NCBI RefSeq assembly: GCF_018977255.1
Contig: NW_024704743.1
Span: 62,498,001 to 62,562,000 of the forward strand
DNA from: Callorhinchus milii
Taxonomy: Eukaryota
DNA: 64,000 nt
Direction of reading: 5' to 3'
Shown here one piece after another: positions 11,116 to 26,100 of the stretch (positions are counted from its first letter, which is position 1; each line of letters begins with the position of its first letter). The notes under the pieces are model-generated. The model did no database searches. It was not told the origin of the DNA and saw only the letters and a list, made by a program, of their open reading frames with translations. The position numbers were made by a program, and so were the translations under genes.

Positions 11116-14100
11116 GTAAGTAATCTCTCACAGGGAGGTTTTTGTGCATTGGTTGTAATTTTTATTTTGATATTTTGAATATGATTATGTAAGATATCAC
11201 ACAAAAAAAGTTTCAATGAACCTAAGCATAAGAACAGTGGACAAGAATCAAAATGGCAAAAATTTAGAAGTCAGCAAAATCATGGTTGAAGCAAGGGGTA
11301 TTTGGAAGATTTTTGAAAGCAGAGAGCTGCTGTAAGACAAAGTGGTTATGGAAGAGATTAGGTTGAATTATTGAAGGTGACTACATGAGGGAATTGAATT
11401 GATGGAAGATTCAGGTATCCGGTAGCTCAGGTATCTCAGCTCAGTTGGTAGCACTCCCATCTCTGGGTCAGAAGGTTGTTGGTTCAAGCTGCATATTTTA
11501 CCCTGAAACTTTGAGTTCATAGTCTAGACCGACGTGGTTCAACAGGCATCCAGTGGGTTGCATCCGGCCCGAGATCCTTTCCAACATTGCAACTCCCTAC
11601 CTGACAAACATCCTCCCGTGGCAGCAGCAGGAGCCGGCAGTTGGGGGGAACGCAGCGGGGAGAGTGGAAATAATGCCAGCCGTTGCTGCAGTCTGTACCT
11701 GAGCTGAGGGGAAGGCCAGCGTGTCTCCTTATCCACCGCATCTTATCTTCTGGCTTCTGGCACTGCAGATAGTGAACTGCACGGCTGATTGGGGGAAAGG
11801 GGGAGATTGAGTGATTGAGTGAGAAAGAGAGTGTGAGGAGAGAGTGTGAGAGCGAGGTGAGAATGGGGGAGTGAGAGAGTGATCGAGAGAGGGGTGGGGA
11901 GGAGAGATACAGTTCTTTAACATTAGCTTTTGATTTTTGTTCTAGATTTGCAAAGTGTTCTGCACGTCTGCTGTGAATCTCCAAATGCATTTCCTTGGCA
12001 ATAAACACAAAAGGGTAAGAAACTTTTTTAGTATGTTCCTACTTTTTAATTGAACAAATCTGTGTGTTGACTGTATTGATGATTTCATTCCTACTTTCAA
12101 GAAGAGATGATCTCCGAAGATGGAATCAATTTAAATGTTTTTTCCTGTGTGTTGTCATAAATTACATTTACAGATTTGAAAAGCTCATTGTTTGAACCTC
12201 AAGCTTTCTGTACATCATCAGATTGAAGGATAAGATCCTAGTGTTTTTCCTCTAATCAGGTTCAAGAACTTAGGCTGTGATGCTTTATAGCACTTTGGTG
12301 GGTGATTTGCAAAGTGCAAGTTTGAATGTTATGCTTTACAAACTTCAACAAAGTTTGGAGATACAAGTTTATAGTAAATTTGGAGTTCATACGTATTGTA
12401 AGCATGTGCATACTCACCAGCAGAGCTAAAAGAGGTATTCGTTTACATTTTTTGATTGCAAAGAGGCATAATACTCATACAGCTCAGTAATGGGTAACAC
12501 AACTTTGATATTGTCTTCGAAGGTGAAGCCGTGTGTCCTAGCCGCTAACTTACCAAATGATGAAAAGGGAAGCTTCAATCTTTGTTGCCAATAGACTTAT
12601 ATTTTCATATTGTTGTCTAAAATATTTCCTCCGGGCATCATTGCTTGGTCCCAAATATAACCTGCAATTCTCCAAGGAAACCGAGAGGCCTTTAGATTTT
12701 TTTCTATCTGTTGTATTTACCGTATATAGCCCAAAGTAAAATTATTTCCCTATCATTGCAATTTTTTTGCAAACTTACAGTAATCATGAAACGTCCATCA
12801 GCCAGCACTTCACTGCGATGTTAGAATGCTCCTGTTTGGTAAATTTGCATGTAAACATTTATGTTTAATTGTGAAATTCTATTACCTGGGAGTGTGTTAT
12901 AGGCTGTAATTTAATTTTAGAGTTTGAATGATTATACATCACTTTTGTTCATGAAACCTTGTTAAATTACAGCCTTTTAATCTCTATTATCTTGGCCAAC
13001 AAAAGTCTGATTTGAAGGATATACATAAGTTGCCTGGTAGCTGCAGTATCATAGCACTGGCCACTCAACAGGGAGACCAAAGCTTGACAAATATTCACAA
13101 TGGGCTTCCCCTACAATCGGGAGGACGTCCCAAGGTGCTGGACAGTCAGCGATTTGGATCTGAGCGGGGATGGGGGGCTGGGATCAGGGATATTGGAGGC
13201 CAGGGAGGGGTGGCCTATGGCCTGGTCGAAGAGGATGGTCTTGAGAAGTGCCTTGAAGAAGGTAAGAGAGGGAGCAGGGCGAAGAGAATGTGGGATGGAG
13301 TTCCATAGGTTGGGAGCAGAGGCTGAAGCCATGAATGCCATTGGTGGTCCAGGCGGGGGACGTGGAGCAGGCCGGATCCTGCTAAGCGGAGGAGCGGACA
13401 GGTGACACAATAAGGTTGCCCGATACACCAAGGTTGCCAGTTTTGATTCAATCATCGGGGGAAGGAGGAAGAACCTTCTTAGGAAGGTTCTTGTCCATCA
13501 CCCTGGAAAGAGTTGACTAAGAAGCAGTAGAAACGGCATCTTTGAAGATCTTCGTGGGTGGACCATCCGGGCTTCCCAGCCGTGGAGGATATTACGGACA
13601 TGTGGGGAGGGACGAAGAGGAACAACACGACTGGATTATTAGCCAGTGGAAGGCTGGATATCCCTGAATGTCATCACAAGACTATTATAGTAACCCAGAG
13701 ATTGCATTATTAATGGACCCCTCGAAAAGATGATTTGGGTATCTGGTCGTCGCAAAATATTTTTCTTTGGCTTGGACGCTGAACAAAAGTACATGCGAGA
13801 CAGTTAAATATTGAATATTGTCATTTTCAACAAACTCACTGACGTTCTTCTCTTGGGACTCAGTTCACTGGGGCTTACAATTTAGTGCGCATCATCCCAA
13901 CTTTTAATTATTGCTTTGATAATTGTTTTTTTAAAAAAAATGATGTTTCTGTAAAATATACATTTTAAATACTTAAAATTAGTTTAATCTAAAAGCTCAA
14001 GGAAATGTTTGAATAAGCCTCTAGTATTACTATACCTTTATCTACACACCCTCCTCCACCCAATGTTGGTCTTTTTCTCATCAGAATTGGTGATTTATAG

Positions 14101-17100
14101 GGCCATTTTCTTTCAAGGGCAGTGACCACCTGTTCTGCCTCAATACTTTGACTTTCTGTTACAGGACAGCAATATGGCTGTACTGCCGATAGCAAAAATG
14201 TTCATTTGACTTTTCTTTGAGGGTTATTTTTGAAGTGAAGACGTTACTCAAAAGGAAAAAATGCCTGCTATGGATAATATATGCATAAATATTAAATCTG
14301 TCATAAATAAAACAAAATATAACCCAACCACTGTCTTGTTGGCACAGAGATATTTCTGTGTTGTGGTCTTTTTAAAAAGCGGATGCTGCCTTGATATTCA
14401 TTGCTATGCTACCTGGTCAGTTTGAAATGTCAATTTCATGTCCAATGTGGGGTTGTCTTGCTCAGCGATCCATTCAGGACAGATGCCTGAAGGAAAACCT
14501 CGTCCAATTTCAACAAAGAAAATGAAGGGCAAAGTCTGCAAAAGATGCATTTAATGAAATGTTTCAGTTTTATGTTCCAACAGAAGCAATCTCGCTAACT
14601 TTTTTCTGTTCATTTTCCTGGATGATTCTCTCCAAACATCATAATGACAGATTGAAGAAGTCTTAAAATGGAATGGTAAGTATTGAAGGATTCTTTGGGG
14701 ATCTTGCTCCCATCTTTGTAGGTTTACAAATATAAAATGGTGATGTTTTTAGGTTTCATGTAACGTGTCAGTGAAGTTATTAAAACCAATGAACATTTAT
14801 AAATACCGAAATTTTTAAATTTAAAGACGTTTTGTAAGAATGCGAATAACATTTAAACTGAATGAGTTATTTTCCTTGACAGACAGTGTTCTGCTCCACT
14901 CTAAATAACCCATTTATTTTCAGTACAACTTTTCCAGCAAGTCTTAGCATTGGACTTTAATTGGTCATTTTCTGATGGTTGGGTTTGGTTGACATTGTTT
15001 GTGCTTAATTGTCCACTTTTAATGGTCAAAGATCTGTGAACCATAGAACATAACAAATTTAAAAAGTTGCCATTATTCCATCCCTTTTTGTTCTATATAT
15101 CCTAATTGGACTTGTGCAGTGTCCGGGGTAGTTGCCTGACGGTACAGATGCCTTTTCCCTGAACTCAGCCTCTGCCAGCAGCAGCTGTTTGACTGTGGAG
15201 ACTTTACTAAAGTTCTGACTTTACTCACTCAATAGTTACATGTTCAGTCTGTTTATCCCCCCCCCCCCACCCCTCCACCACACATACAGCTCCAGGTCAA
15301 GGATGTTGAGAATAATTTCAATACTGCCCCAACATCCAACTCAATGCAGATAGATCAGGAATTACATGTATAATACTGTGTCTTAGTCTGAATGACTTCA
15401 GAGCCTTTAACCACTAGGTCATCAGAGGGGTCATAAATTGGACCATTTGAAACATTTATTAAGTTGGAGTTTTTTAGGATGTGAGCATGCAACATTTTGA
15501 TATCAAATTTATATTTTTTCAAATCTGAGTAAGTCTGGTACTTTTCCAAGCATAATTTTCTGGGAAAGATGGCAGAACTATATTTAGACCTATTCTCTGT
15601 AAAATTGTAATGGTTAGCATTATTAAATGTGCTGCAGTTAAACTTTCTGTTAATTGTGCAGCCGTTCTAAATGCAATCAAAATATCCAATTCCATTTTAC
15701 ATTCGGTTGCAAAATGATTGCTGGAGTATTTAAAGCTTATAGAATGTTTGTGTAAGCAACATAACTTTTAGTAAATCACTGAAAATTTGTTTACAAATAT
15801 TGTAAAGATGTATTCATTTTATAGTGGAAAATGGTAATATTGTTAATACAAAAGAATGACAATATTGGCTGAAGTTTGAATCTGACCAGTGGATGATAAC
15901 AGAAATTGCATATTGAATAATTTGGAGCATAAGTGAAACATGTGTCTACTGGTGAGCATCAAGAGCCTTTGGAGGTGCTCATGAATCAAGACTGGAACAA
16001 GCAAAGATCATTTTGTCTATCCACCAGCTCTTTCCACAAACTGTGTCCTGTGTACAAAGTACTATATTGTTGACCATGTCCAAATATGTTACAGCTGGAA
16101 AATTCTGCATAGTTTCCTAAAACAATCAAAACAAATTCCAGAATATCCCATTTATTGCAGCGGGGCTTTGATTAGCTCCACCCATCTCGTCTCAGTCTCC
16201 ACGTTTGAAACATAATAACGTAAGAATTTGCTAGGCAAAAGAAGACCAAGGTCCATTTAGTTTGTCTTCCACCATCCTGGCAGTCGCTTGACATGTCGTG
16301 TCCCAAACTATATACTGTATCTTGGGATATTATTTTCTAGCAGAAATCTATCTAATTTGTTCTTGAAACAAACCTTCAATCAACTTTGGAGGACATTGGC
16401 TTTGGAACTGAAGAACTACGTCTTTCATAAATGAGGGGATATGGAAGAATGTTTGGGTTTTGGACTTCAAATGGTTGAGGCTGGATTGTCAAAAGTCAAA
16501 ATGTTGGCATTGGAGACTAAACCAGTCAAGAAAACCTGAAATGGTGTGTTCAGATAATCTGAATCTCACTGAAACTGAATTCCAAGTGCTCATTCGTTCA
16601 GTGTCGTCACCGTGAGGAATTTGGATGCAGTGTGGTGTTTGATGCAGCTTAGAGCTAAGCTGTTACAATTGCTGCTGCATCTGAGTCGCCTCTTCCATAA
16701 TGCTGTTTCATGCAAGATGTGTTGTACAAGTGAGAAGTTGCTGTTGCTTAATGAAGATGACTACTACTTCCATTAAATGCCGAATATCTGCAGGAGAATG
16801 TATTGAAAGCATCAACATCATCCACAACAATCTTTGTTATTGATAACATATTTGCAATATTTTAATGAATGGATTATTGATGTAAAGTGACCTCACAAAA
16901 CCTGTTGAAGCTGTTGCCATATTTTACCGAACTGCAAATTCTGGATGTTAAAAAGCGTTCTTACCAATCTTACTAATTGTGCTTCATTGATGTTTATAAA
17001 ATTGGGATTTTGTTTTATTACACCTCCCTTTCTAGCTTTCGTTTTGGTGATGGTGATGAGGGGAGAGAGGGGGGTTGAGTCTTAAGTTTTAGTTGAACTA

Positions 17101-20100
17101 AATTTTACTTATTTAAATAATTGTAAATTCTTTAGCTGAGCTGCTAACAACACATATGTTGCCATTGAACATAAATGTGAAACTAAAATCCTTAGTCCTA
17201 ATCAGAAGTTACTAAACAATTAATTGTTAAAAAAAACATTTGTCGGAAAATGGAAGGGTGACCAGAAATGAAAGGTTTTTCTTGTTTGTTAAATTGCTGG
17301 TAACCATTTAGGTTGTATTAGTGTTAAATCCTTTATATTGGGCTTTTGTGGTTTATACAGTTTGTTTAAATTAACCAGTTCAGTTCTGGTTGCTGATTTA
17401 TAATAGATGCAATATTTTAATTCTGTAGTCTTCCTCTTAATATACAATACAAATTTACATTTATACAGTGCCTTTCACGTTGAGACATTCAAAGCCACTT
17501 AACAATAATGGCTTGGCACCCGAGCTGGGGGTGGGAGCCTGATGGGGTGGGGAAGGAGTGTACACCACAATCTAAAATTGAATTACCTGATTCTTGGAAT
17601 AGCTGATGTGGTGGAGCTAAATACTTTAATACTTTGTAAACCTGATTCAGGTTAATGTAAAAATGCAAAGAAGTACAGCACGGCAATAGGCCACTCAACC
17701 CAAGCAGTTCAGGCCGATGTTTATATTTCACCTATTCCTTACTCCCTCCCATACGTTTCTATTCTCTACTGCAGGTGAAGGTCTAGCTTCCTCTTGAATG
17801 CATAATAAATGTAGAAACAAAACTCCCAAGCATAAAGCAGTCCAGTGTTAGGCTACGGTATAAGGTATATTATATAATTAATTAATATAATGTAAAGGGT
17901 GATAATAATAATCCTTGCATTTGATATAGCGCTTTTCACGTCGGAAGGACGTCCCAAAGCGCTTCACAAAAAAACACTGTAAAGTGAATTGACTGTATAT
18001 TTGTGGGCGAACACGGCAGCCAATTGCGCACAGCAATGTCCCACAAACAGTCGTAGATTGAAAATGACCAATTTATTATTGGTTTTGGAGGGTATATTAT
18101 AATTTACAACAGCCAATAGGAAAGTCTTGCTGTAGAATATTTATTGAATGTAGTTGAAGAATAACATAAAGAATTGTTATGGGTTCTAAATGAAACTTTC
18201 GATTTCTCCATTCTCATTTCAGCTACTGTTTTGTAGGTGCACTTGTCTAGCACTTATGAGTGACTACAGGTGTTTTGGAGTTTCTATTCTCTCCTTTGGG
18301 TAAACACCCAAGCTTTCTGTAGCTTTTTCCTGTCAGAACAACATATATCTAGACTTGCTTGTTGAGTAACCATCAGAATTGTATTTAGGGCTTTATATTG
18401 CATCAATCTACAGTGGGAATCTTAGGTGGCAATCTACTTAGTGTAGTTTATTCTGATGGAGGTTAATTAGTAACGACAGAGTAATAATGGAGCACAAATT
18501 GTTTATAGACCACAACTGAAGACAAAAAAAATCAGGTACCTGGACTGTTTGTTTAATTTTTTCATCCTTTTCTATTATACTTCTGGAATAGGATACCTAA
18601 GGCAGGAAAAATTAAAAGGGAACTGTGCAGCTTTAAACTAACTTTTATGCTATTATATATGATTATCTATATTAGAAGATAACCCATTGAGTAACCAAAA
18701 TAATGTGGCAGCTTAAATGTGGAATAAAAACAGAAATTGATTTTATATATACATATATATTTTATATATTTCTGTGCATGCAATTTATGCAAATTAGGGC
18801 TATGAATATATGGAAGTAATAATATGATAAGGGAACCAATTTGTGCCACTTGATTTTCCTCGTCCCCACTGGCAAAAGTAAATACCATCACAAGTGCACA
18901 AGCATCTTACATGCTTTTAAAATATTTTGCTGCAAGATACTAATTTCAATAAGACCCTGATAGATTTAGGACATAACTATTGGTTATAAAAAATAGTAAA
19001 ATTTCCTGCATTTGATACAGTGGCAGGAATGTTTCAAAGCGCTTCACAAAGCTTCTGGGGTAATAGAATGTATAATCCATAGGCAAACATCCAGTAATTT
19101 GTAAAACTGATGCAGAACAGCATTTTGTATAACATGCTAATGATTCAACTGGGAGCACCAACAAAAAGATTTTTAAGTAACTTTTTTAAACGTATTTGCT
19201 CACACATCTTGTGGAGTCACTGTACGTTTTGATTGCAATGTGTTTGAAAGAGGTGGATGAAAAGCAAAGTGGGAGCCGATAAATAATTGTTAGATAGAGA
19301 ATTTTAAAATGTCGCAGTTAAAACATTTGTTCAATTTCAAATGCTGAGCATTGAAATTTTCACTTGTGTGATGGAAACAGATGGATGTTGTGTTGGCATT
19401 GTTTTCTCAGTAGCAAATGTTTACATTGTTCCACATCTACAAGTACTAACTTCAGTACTATATTTGGAGGAAGAGAAATGCATACTTATTGTTTGCCCCT
19501 TCTGTAAATGCCATGTCATATTGCCTTGAAAGTTGATTGTTTTGAAATAACCTTTGTCGTACTGGAAAGTAAATGCCCAAATGCATTGGTTGATTCTTGA
19601 TTAATATTTTGTAGCCTTCATGAAATGCGTTGCAGTAGTGATGAATGAGTAATACTTCAAAAATGAACTGTGCTCTGTTACCATGTATGTATGCCATAGT
19701 TTCCAAATCTTAAAAAAAATCATAATTTTGAAAAACTATTTTGGGATGATTAGTGGATTCAACAACGTTAGAATCGTAAATCTATTGGTATTGAACAGAG
19801 ACCACGTGTAATACATTTTGAACTGTTTGCTGAGGAAGCATTGGCTTTATTATATTGGTTAGTGTTGATAAAATAGTCCTTTTAAAGATAACTTACAATA
19901 TGTGAGTGACACAATATTTAAAAAAAGTAACTTAATTGTAAATCATGATCAAGCTTTTTATACCAAGTTCGAGAAGATGACTGATTTGATGTATAGTTCC
20001 AATGCTTGGTTATTACTTGGTCCTTCGTTACTCTTGTAACTGTATAACTGTGTAACAGAATTAACATAGATATTTTGAATTCTATTTCAAGTTGCTGAAG

Positions 20101-23100
20101 GAGTTGTTAAAAAGGTTGAGCTGCTACTAACAGAAACTACGGAGCCAAAATCTGTGGAGAGGAAAATTGTGGTGACAAAAACTGTGGAGAGGAAAACTGT
20201 GAAGCCAAAAACTGTAGAGAAGAAAACTGTGGCATCAAAAATACAAATACCGACTACAGTGCTGAAACCCCTGGAATATTACCTCAATAAATTGAAGCTA
20301 AAGAGGGCCATAGTTGGTATGTTTTGAATCTGATATATTTACAGTGCAAAACTTTCTGTCTCTTGATGTTTGTTTTCTTGTCAAAAAGCAAATCAATTAA
20401 GTAGAAGTTGCATAAAACAAATTACTAGTTTTCTCCACTTTTAAACTTCATAAATTTTCTTGAGTGAAGCTTCAGAGTGCTAGAAAATAATAATTGAATT
20501 ACAAACATGACATATAGTTTGTGATTGATTGTGTAGAACAATGGTTGTTATTTGGAATGGAGATAAATTGTGGTGTCTTACAGGGGTCCATGTTAGGACC
20601 ATTGCCTTTCTTCATCTACAACAACAACAACAAAATTACATTTATAGAGAGCCTTTCACGTCGGGAGGACGTCCCAAGGCGCGGGACAGTAAGGGGGCAG
20701 GACCTGAGCATGAGGGAAGGCAGAGAGGTGGGAGGGCTACTGAAGGCACAATCGAAGAGGAGGCAAGGGAGGAAGCGAGGGGAAGGGACTGTGGGATGGA
20801 GTTCCAGAGTGTGAGGGCAGAGAGGCTGAAAGCTCGGCCACCGATGGTAGGGCGGGTCGGGTGGGAGACATGGAGCAGGACGGAGCCCCCTGAACGGAGG
20901 GAGCGGGCGTGTTGGTAGGGAGTCAGCAGGTCAGACAGGTAGGAGGGGGCAAGGCCATGGATGGCCTTAAATGTGAGGATGAGGATCTTGAACTTGATCC
21001 TCTGGGGGACGGGGAGCCAGTGGAGTCAGGCGAGGGTGGGAGTGATGGGGTTGCGGAGCCTGGTGCGTGAGAGTACGTGAGCTGCAGTGTTTTGGATGAT
21101 CTGCAGCTTGTGAAGGGAAGAGTTGGGAAGGCCGATGACGAGGGAGTTTCCGTAATCGAGCTTTGATGTGACGAATGCGTGGGTGAGGGTTTCAGCAGCC
21201 TGAGGGGTGAGACAGTGACGGAGTCTGGCAGTGTTGCGAAGGTGGTGGTAGGCAGTGCCGGTCATGGTGTGGATGTGGGGTGAAAGGACAGTTCAGGGTC
21301 AAACAAGACACCCAGGTTCCTGACTGGCTGAGTGAGGTTGTGTGTGCAGCCGCGGAGGCTGATGCTGTCGGCGCCTGAGGTGTGGAGGCGCTGGTACGAG
21401 CCAATCAGGAGGGCCTTGGTCTTACTGACATTGAGTTGGAGAAAGTTGTCCCTCATCCAGGACTTGATGTCGGACAGGCAATCAGTCAGGATGCCAGTAA
21501 TCCTGGAGTTGAGGGTGGAGGCAGAGAGGTAGAGTTGGGTGTCATCCGCATACATGTGGAAATTTACCCCATGTTTGCGGATGGTGTCACCAAGGGGAGC
21601 ATGTAGAGGGTGAAGAGGAGGGGACCGAGGACAGAGCCCTGAGGAGTGATGCGCGGGCTGGAGGAGAAGCCGTTTGCAGAGATGAATTGGAGGCAGTGTG
21701 AAAAGTAGGACCTGAACTAGTCAAGGACAGAACCTTGAAGGTTGAGGTGGGAGGCGAGGCGGTGGAGGAGGATTGAGTGGTCCACAGTATCAAAGGCAGT
21801 GGAGAGGACGAGAAGGCAGAGGGGAGCCCTTGTCACACATTATGTCATTTATAAATTATATATAATAGATAAATTATCTAGATTCTAGTATAAAAGGTAA
21901 CATTTTTAAATGAAAACAAATAGGGAGCTAATAGTTAAGATGGTGATGAACATCTGGAGAACACAGACAGACAAGTAGATTGGGCAGAGGATGTAGATTA
22001 AATTTAATGCACAAAAGTGTGAGGTAAAAAGACAAGTAAATAGGACTGAATGGATTCATCTTTCAAATAACTAGTTGACATGATGGTCTGAATGCACATC
22101 TGTACTGAAAATTTCTATCAAGGGTATGGGATAAGGGAAAATGCTGCCGAGTCTGTTATTGAGAGCAGTAGAAAGCTCGGACCATTCATTGTGAAACTGC
22201 ACAGAATGTTTTGGTTTCTTAAGGTATCACAAATGGAGATCCATGTTTTTCTACCTCCTTGAGTTTCTAAGTCCATGCTATTTCCTTGAGCACTACACCT
22301 TAATTAATGTACTGTCACATAATTTCTGGCATAGTAAATTTTCTTTTGATGCTTTCCTTATATTGTTAGGGTTGTCAAAATAGTCCTTTTTAAAGATGAT
22401 TTATGATGTGTGAGTGACACCACNTTTTTTTTAAAAGGTAACATAATTGTAAATCATGATTGTAGTTAGAATGAAGCTCGAGCTTTTTATACCGGCAAAG
22501 AATTCCAAGTTAGAGAAGATGACTGGTTTGATGTGTAGTCACAATGCTTGCATCATTCTTTGTCCTTTGTTACTGTTATAACTGGATAAATGTGTAACAG
22601 AATTAATCTATACATTTTGAAATCTAGTTCAAGTTGTGAAAGGAGTTGTTATATTGGTCATCTACTTTTGTGTGCTATTTTTCATTTTTTTTCAAACTGT
22701 ATAGGGCTGAACTATGTGGTTGAATACCATCTTCAACATTCAAAGAGACAATTTGAGTGTGAACTCTGCCACCATACATCGGATCTCTCTATTTTTATTC
22801 AACATATCATTGGGAGTCGACACATGCTGAGATATTTGGTAAGTTTCGTAAATTAGTATTCAATGATCAACGGAGATCCTTAGAAAATCGAGTGTCTCTT
22901 TCAGTTGTGGTCAGACTTGCTATAATAATTGTGCAGTTTAATCACACAGAGGGGGGTAAGAGCACTCTCTCAATACAGTTTTTCCCCTGGCAAATGAGGT
23001 AATAACCCAATTTTTTTTTGTAAAAAGTAGGCTTATTTTAGCACATCAAAAACTCAAGAAAGCAAACTAGATATTACCTAAACAGTTGCTTATTCGATGA

Positions 23101-26100
23101 ACACAATTATTGTAGAGAACCTATTATCAGCACTGTTTACGACTGGCCTCTTTGTGAATAATCAAACTATGTATAATTGGATAACTTGCAAAATACCAAT
23201 GGGCTAGAGTTTGTTTATTGTATATATTATATAGTTGGTTACCCTCCTCAGTCTGCCACAGTCCCTTCACTTCACTCCCTCCCCTTGCCTCCTTCAAGTC
23301 TCGTCTCAACACCCTCCTCTTCATCCGCCTTTGGTTACCCTCCTACCACCACCCTCCCTGCCCTCCACCCCTCCTGATCCCAACCCTCAGCTCGAGTGCA
23401 AATCCATGACTGTCCTCCCGATGTGAAAGGTGCTATACAAATGAATACACAGTAGACAGTGTTGAGGAGTTATACTGTCACTGGTATTGTTTGAGGACTT
23501 ATACTGTCACTGTGATGCACATTGTGCATCTTTCTTTCTACCTCTTTTTGCTTTTCGGTGACCGAGTGATTTTTAAAAATATACTTACATATCCATACAC
23601 AATCCACGTTTTTGTGTGAGGTTGCAACAAATGCTTAAATTGCATCACTGGTATACCTAACTGGCTGCAAGGTGACATGCTTGGAAACAGAATGGATTTA
23701 ACCCTCTGTGGTGGTCTTGGTAATCCAGTTTCTGAGCCAGGTGAGTCCATAGTACTCCAGGGCACTGCTGATGACAGCACATCCAGCCTGGCTCATCTGT
23801 AAAACTTAGGGGCACACCTGTTGCTGGGAGCAGGAATTCTTCTCATTCAGCTTCTGTTAACCGTGCACATTCCACAAGGAAATTTCCATGTGTTAAGCGG
23901 CATACATATGTGGATCTCTGTCTGTGTTGGATGTCCTCAAGTACGGTGATGGATTTCCACACGTGTCAGGTAACCTGACTGACCAAAACGAAAAGAGAAG
24001 GGGGTAAAAGGTGATGGAAAGGAGGGTGAAAGATAGGCCTTAAGGTGGGGTTTATAGGTGAGGAGGCAGGGTGTGAAGCAGAGACAGCCCAGAATAGGAT
24101 TCCAGGGACCACGGGCCAAATGACAAAGCCAATTACTGATCCAAAACTGACCTATTGAAAATCATGCCAAGTGAGTCATTTTATGCCATTGTATTGCTGT
24201 GAAATAAGTATCTGTGTTATTCATCTAATTTTGAAAAAATCATGTACTATTCATACTTCTCCTGAAGTAGTGGTGTAATTGTACATTCTTAATAAGATGG
24301 CCCATATGTCATTATTAAACTTCAAACTTCAAGTGCCTTGACATGTGGTAATATTGCACCTACTCGTAGGACTCGTCAAGATGTAAACAATTTATACAGT
24401 TTCATGTTACTTGTATATTTCACCAAATTACTGTGTAGCATTGTATCAGTGCTCGTTTGTGTTTCTATTTAGAAAAGACGCCATCCGGATACTTTAAAAG
24501 GCCAAAATTGGATTCTTTGTAAAGCTGACTGTAAACGACTAAACAGAAAAGCATTAGAAATTGAAAAATTGTATGGAAGAGGATCAGTAACTGTAAGTAC
24601 AAAATATGTTTTCGCTAAAATGTGTTCCTGGCTTCTTTATGAAGCTAGACAACTATACATTTTTATCCAGGCTTCTGCTAACATTCTCCCTTATCCAATT
24701 GTCGATATACTTTATGAATTTAGGAATGCAAAGCAGGGGAAATTCAATACAGAGAACTGTCTCTTTTTAAAAAAAATTCTGACAATGTGTCTAGGTGGGC
24801 CATGATTACAAACATACAAATGCCACAGATATATTGCTAAATTGCGATGTATAGAATGCATTCAATCATGGAGTTGATTGTGTGCCATTTGTAAGGCATG
24901 TGTATTGTGTGCCATCATTCTATATCTGCAGAAGAAATTACAGATGCCTTGATTATGTAATTAACCAATGAAAGATTTGGTTTATTCTGGTAAATTATAC
25001 AATGAAGGGAATCCATTATTCCCTCTGCACACATGCTTTTGCTCTTGGTGCATAATGTACATATTTTCTTATAGTTTACACATGGGGCATAATGGACCTC
25101 AATGTCTCATGTGTATGGCATATAAAACAAAACACTAATTGTTGAACATTTGGATTACAACTTTGTTTTTAAAGTTATTTTTGCTTAACTTTATGCAGCT
25201 TAAGCAAATTAGTTGAACTGTGGAGTCTTCGGTCTTTATTTTGTGGGGATCATTTATCATGTTCTTTTGGAACATCCACAAAAACTTCCACTGGTGAGCA
25301 GAATTGGAAAGTGGGTTTGGCTTGTTTTCTTTTCCTTCTTCAATTTGGGAGCAATAAGGCCAACCATACCCATCACCCCATTTATTCTGTCCTGGCTGCA
25401 ATCAGTTAACTCAATTCAGACCACCAAATAAACTTGGAGATTCTGCTGGTTTCACTTAAATACCACAATGCAATGCATTTATCCACTGAGCCATCAAATG
25501 TTACATAGTAAATTTCGGATTGCCATCCTGCAAATTTGGCACATTTGTTCTCGCTCTTACAGAACACTAGCCTTACCGTCTCCCAATATTACGTGATGAT
25601 GTATTGTTGTGTAACAACTAGCAAGGTCACTGACCTGTTGGAGGTATTCTTATATACATCTCTAAATTCTGAGAGCAGTCTTTTCAAGGTTGAAGAGTTC
25701 TATTTATCTAGTTATTTCATGTGTAGTTAAGTGCCTCAATCTCTTATTGCTATGCTTTCCTGCTAATTTGCACTATACAACACCACCATCAACAGAATAA
25801 TTGATGTGTTGTGAAATGCTACAACTGTTAATTATATTTGAATTTCAGATTGTCCGTAAGAAAGTCATACCTAAAGTTAATCAACAGAATACTGCAGAAC
25901 AGAGTAAGTTATTAACAGTGTGTACTTTTGAGGCTTAGTAAACAATATTGAAATGATTGTTTACAATCACTCTCATTTTTATAAACCTATTAGTTTCAGG
26001 TTGTAGAATGGATCAATGGGCAATCTTGATCTTAGTGGGAAGCTCCCCATTTATAGCAATTATCGGCCAACTATCTATATATTTAGGTTATATTGTTTTT

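Noticed and set aside
11116..11178. Hydrophobic C-terminus of the 740-aa ORF as a membrane anchor of a single-exon gene
   Set aside because: Read-through past a consensus donor; splicing to 11946 completes a zinc finger
13006..13036. Alternative phase 0 to 1 exon ([10 protein letters not shown])
   Set aside because: Weak acceptor and donor; 14651-14675 has much better signals
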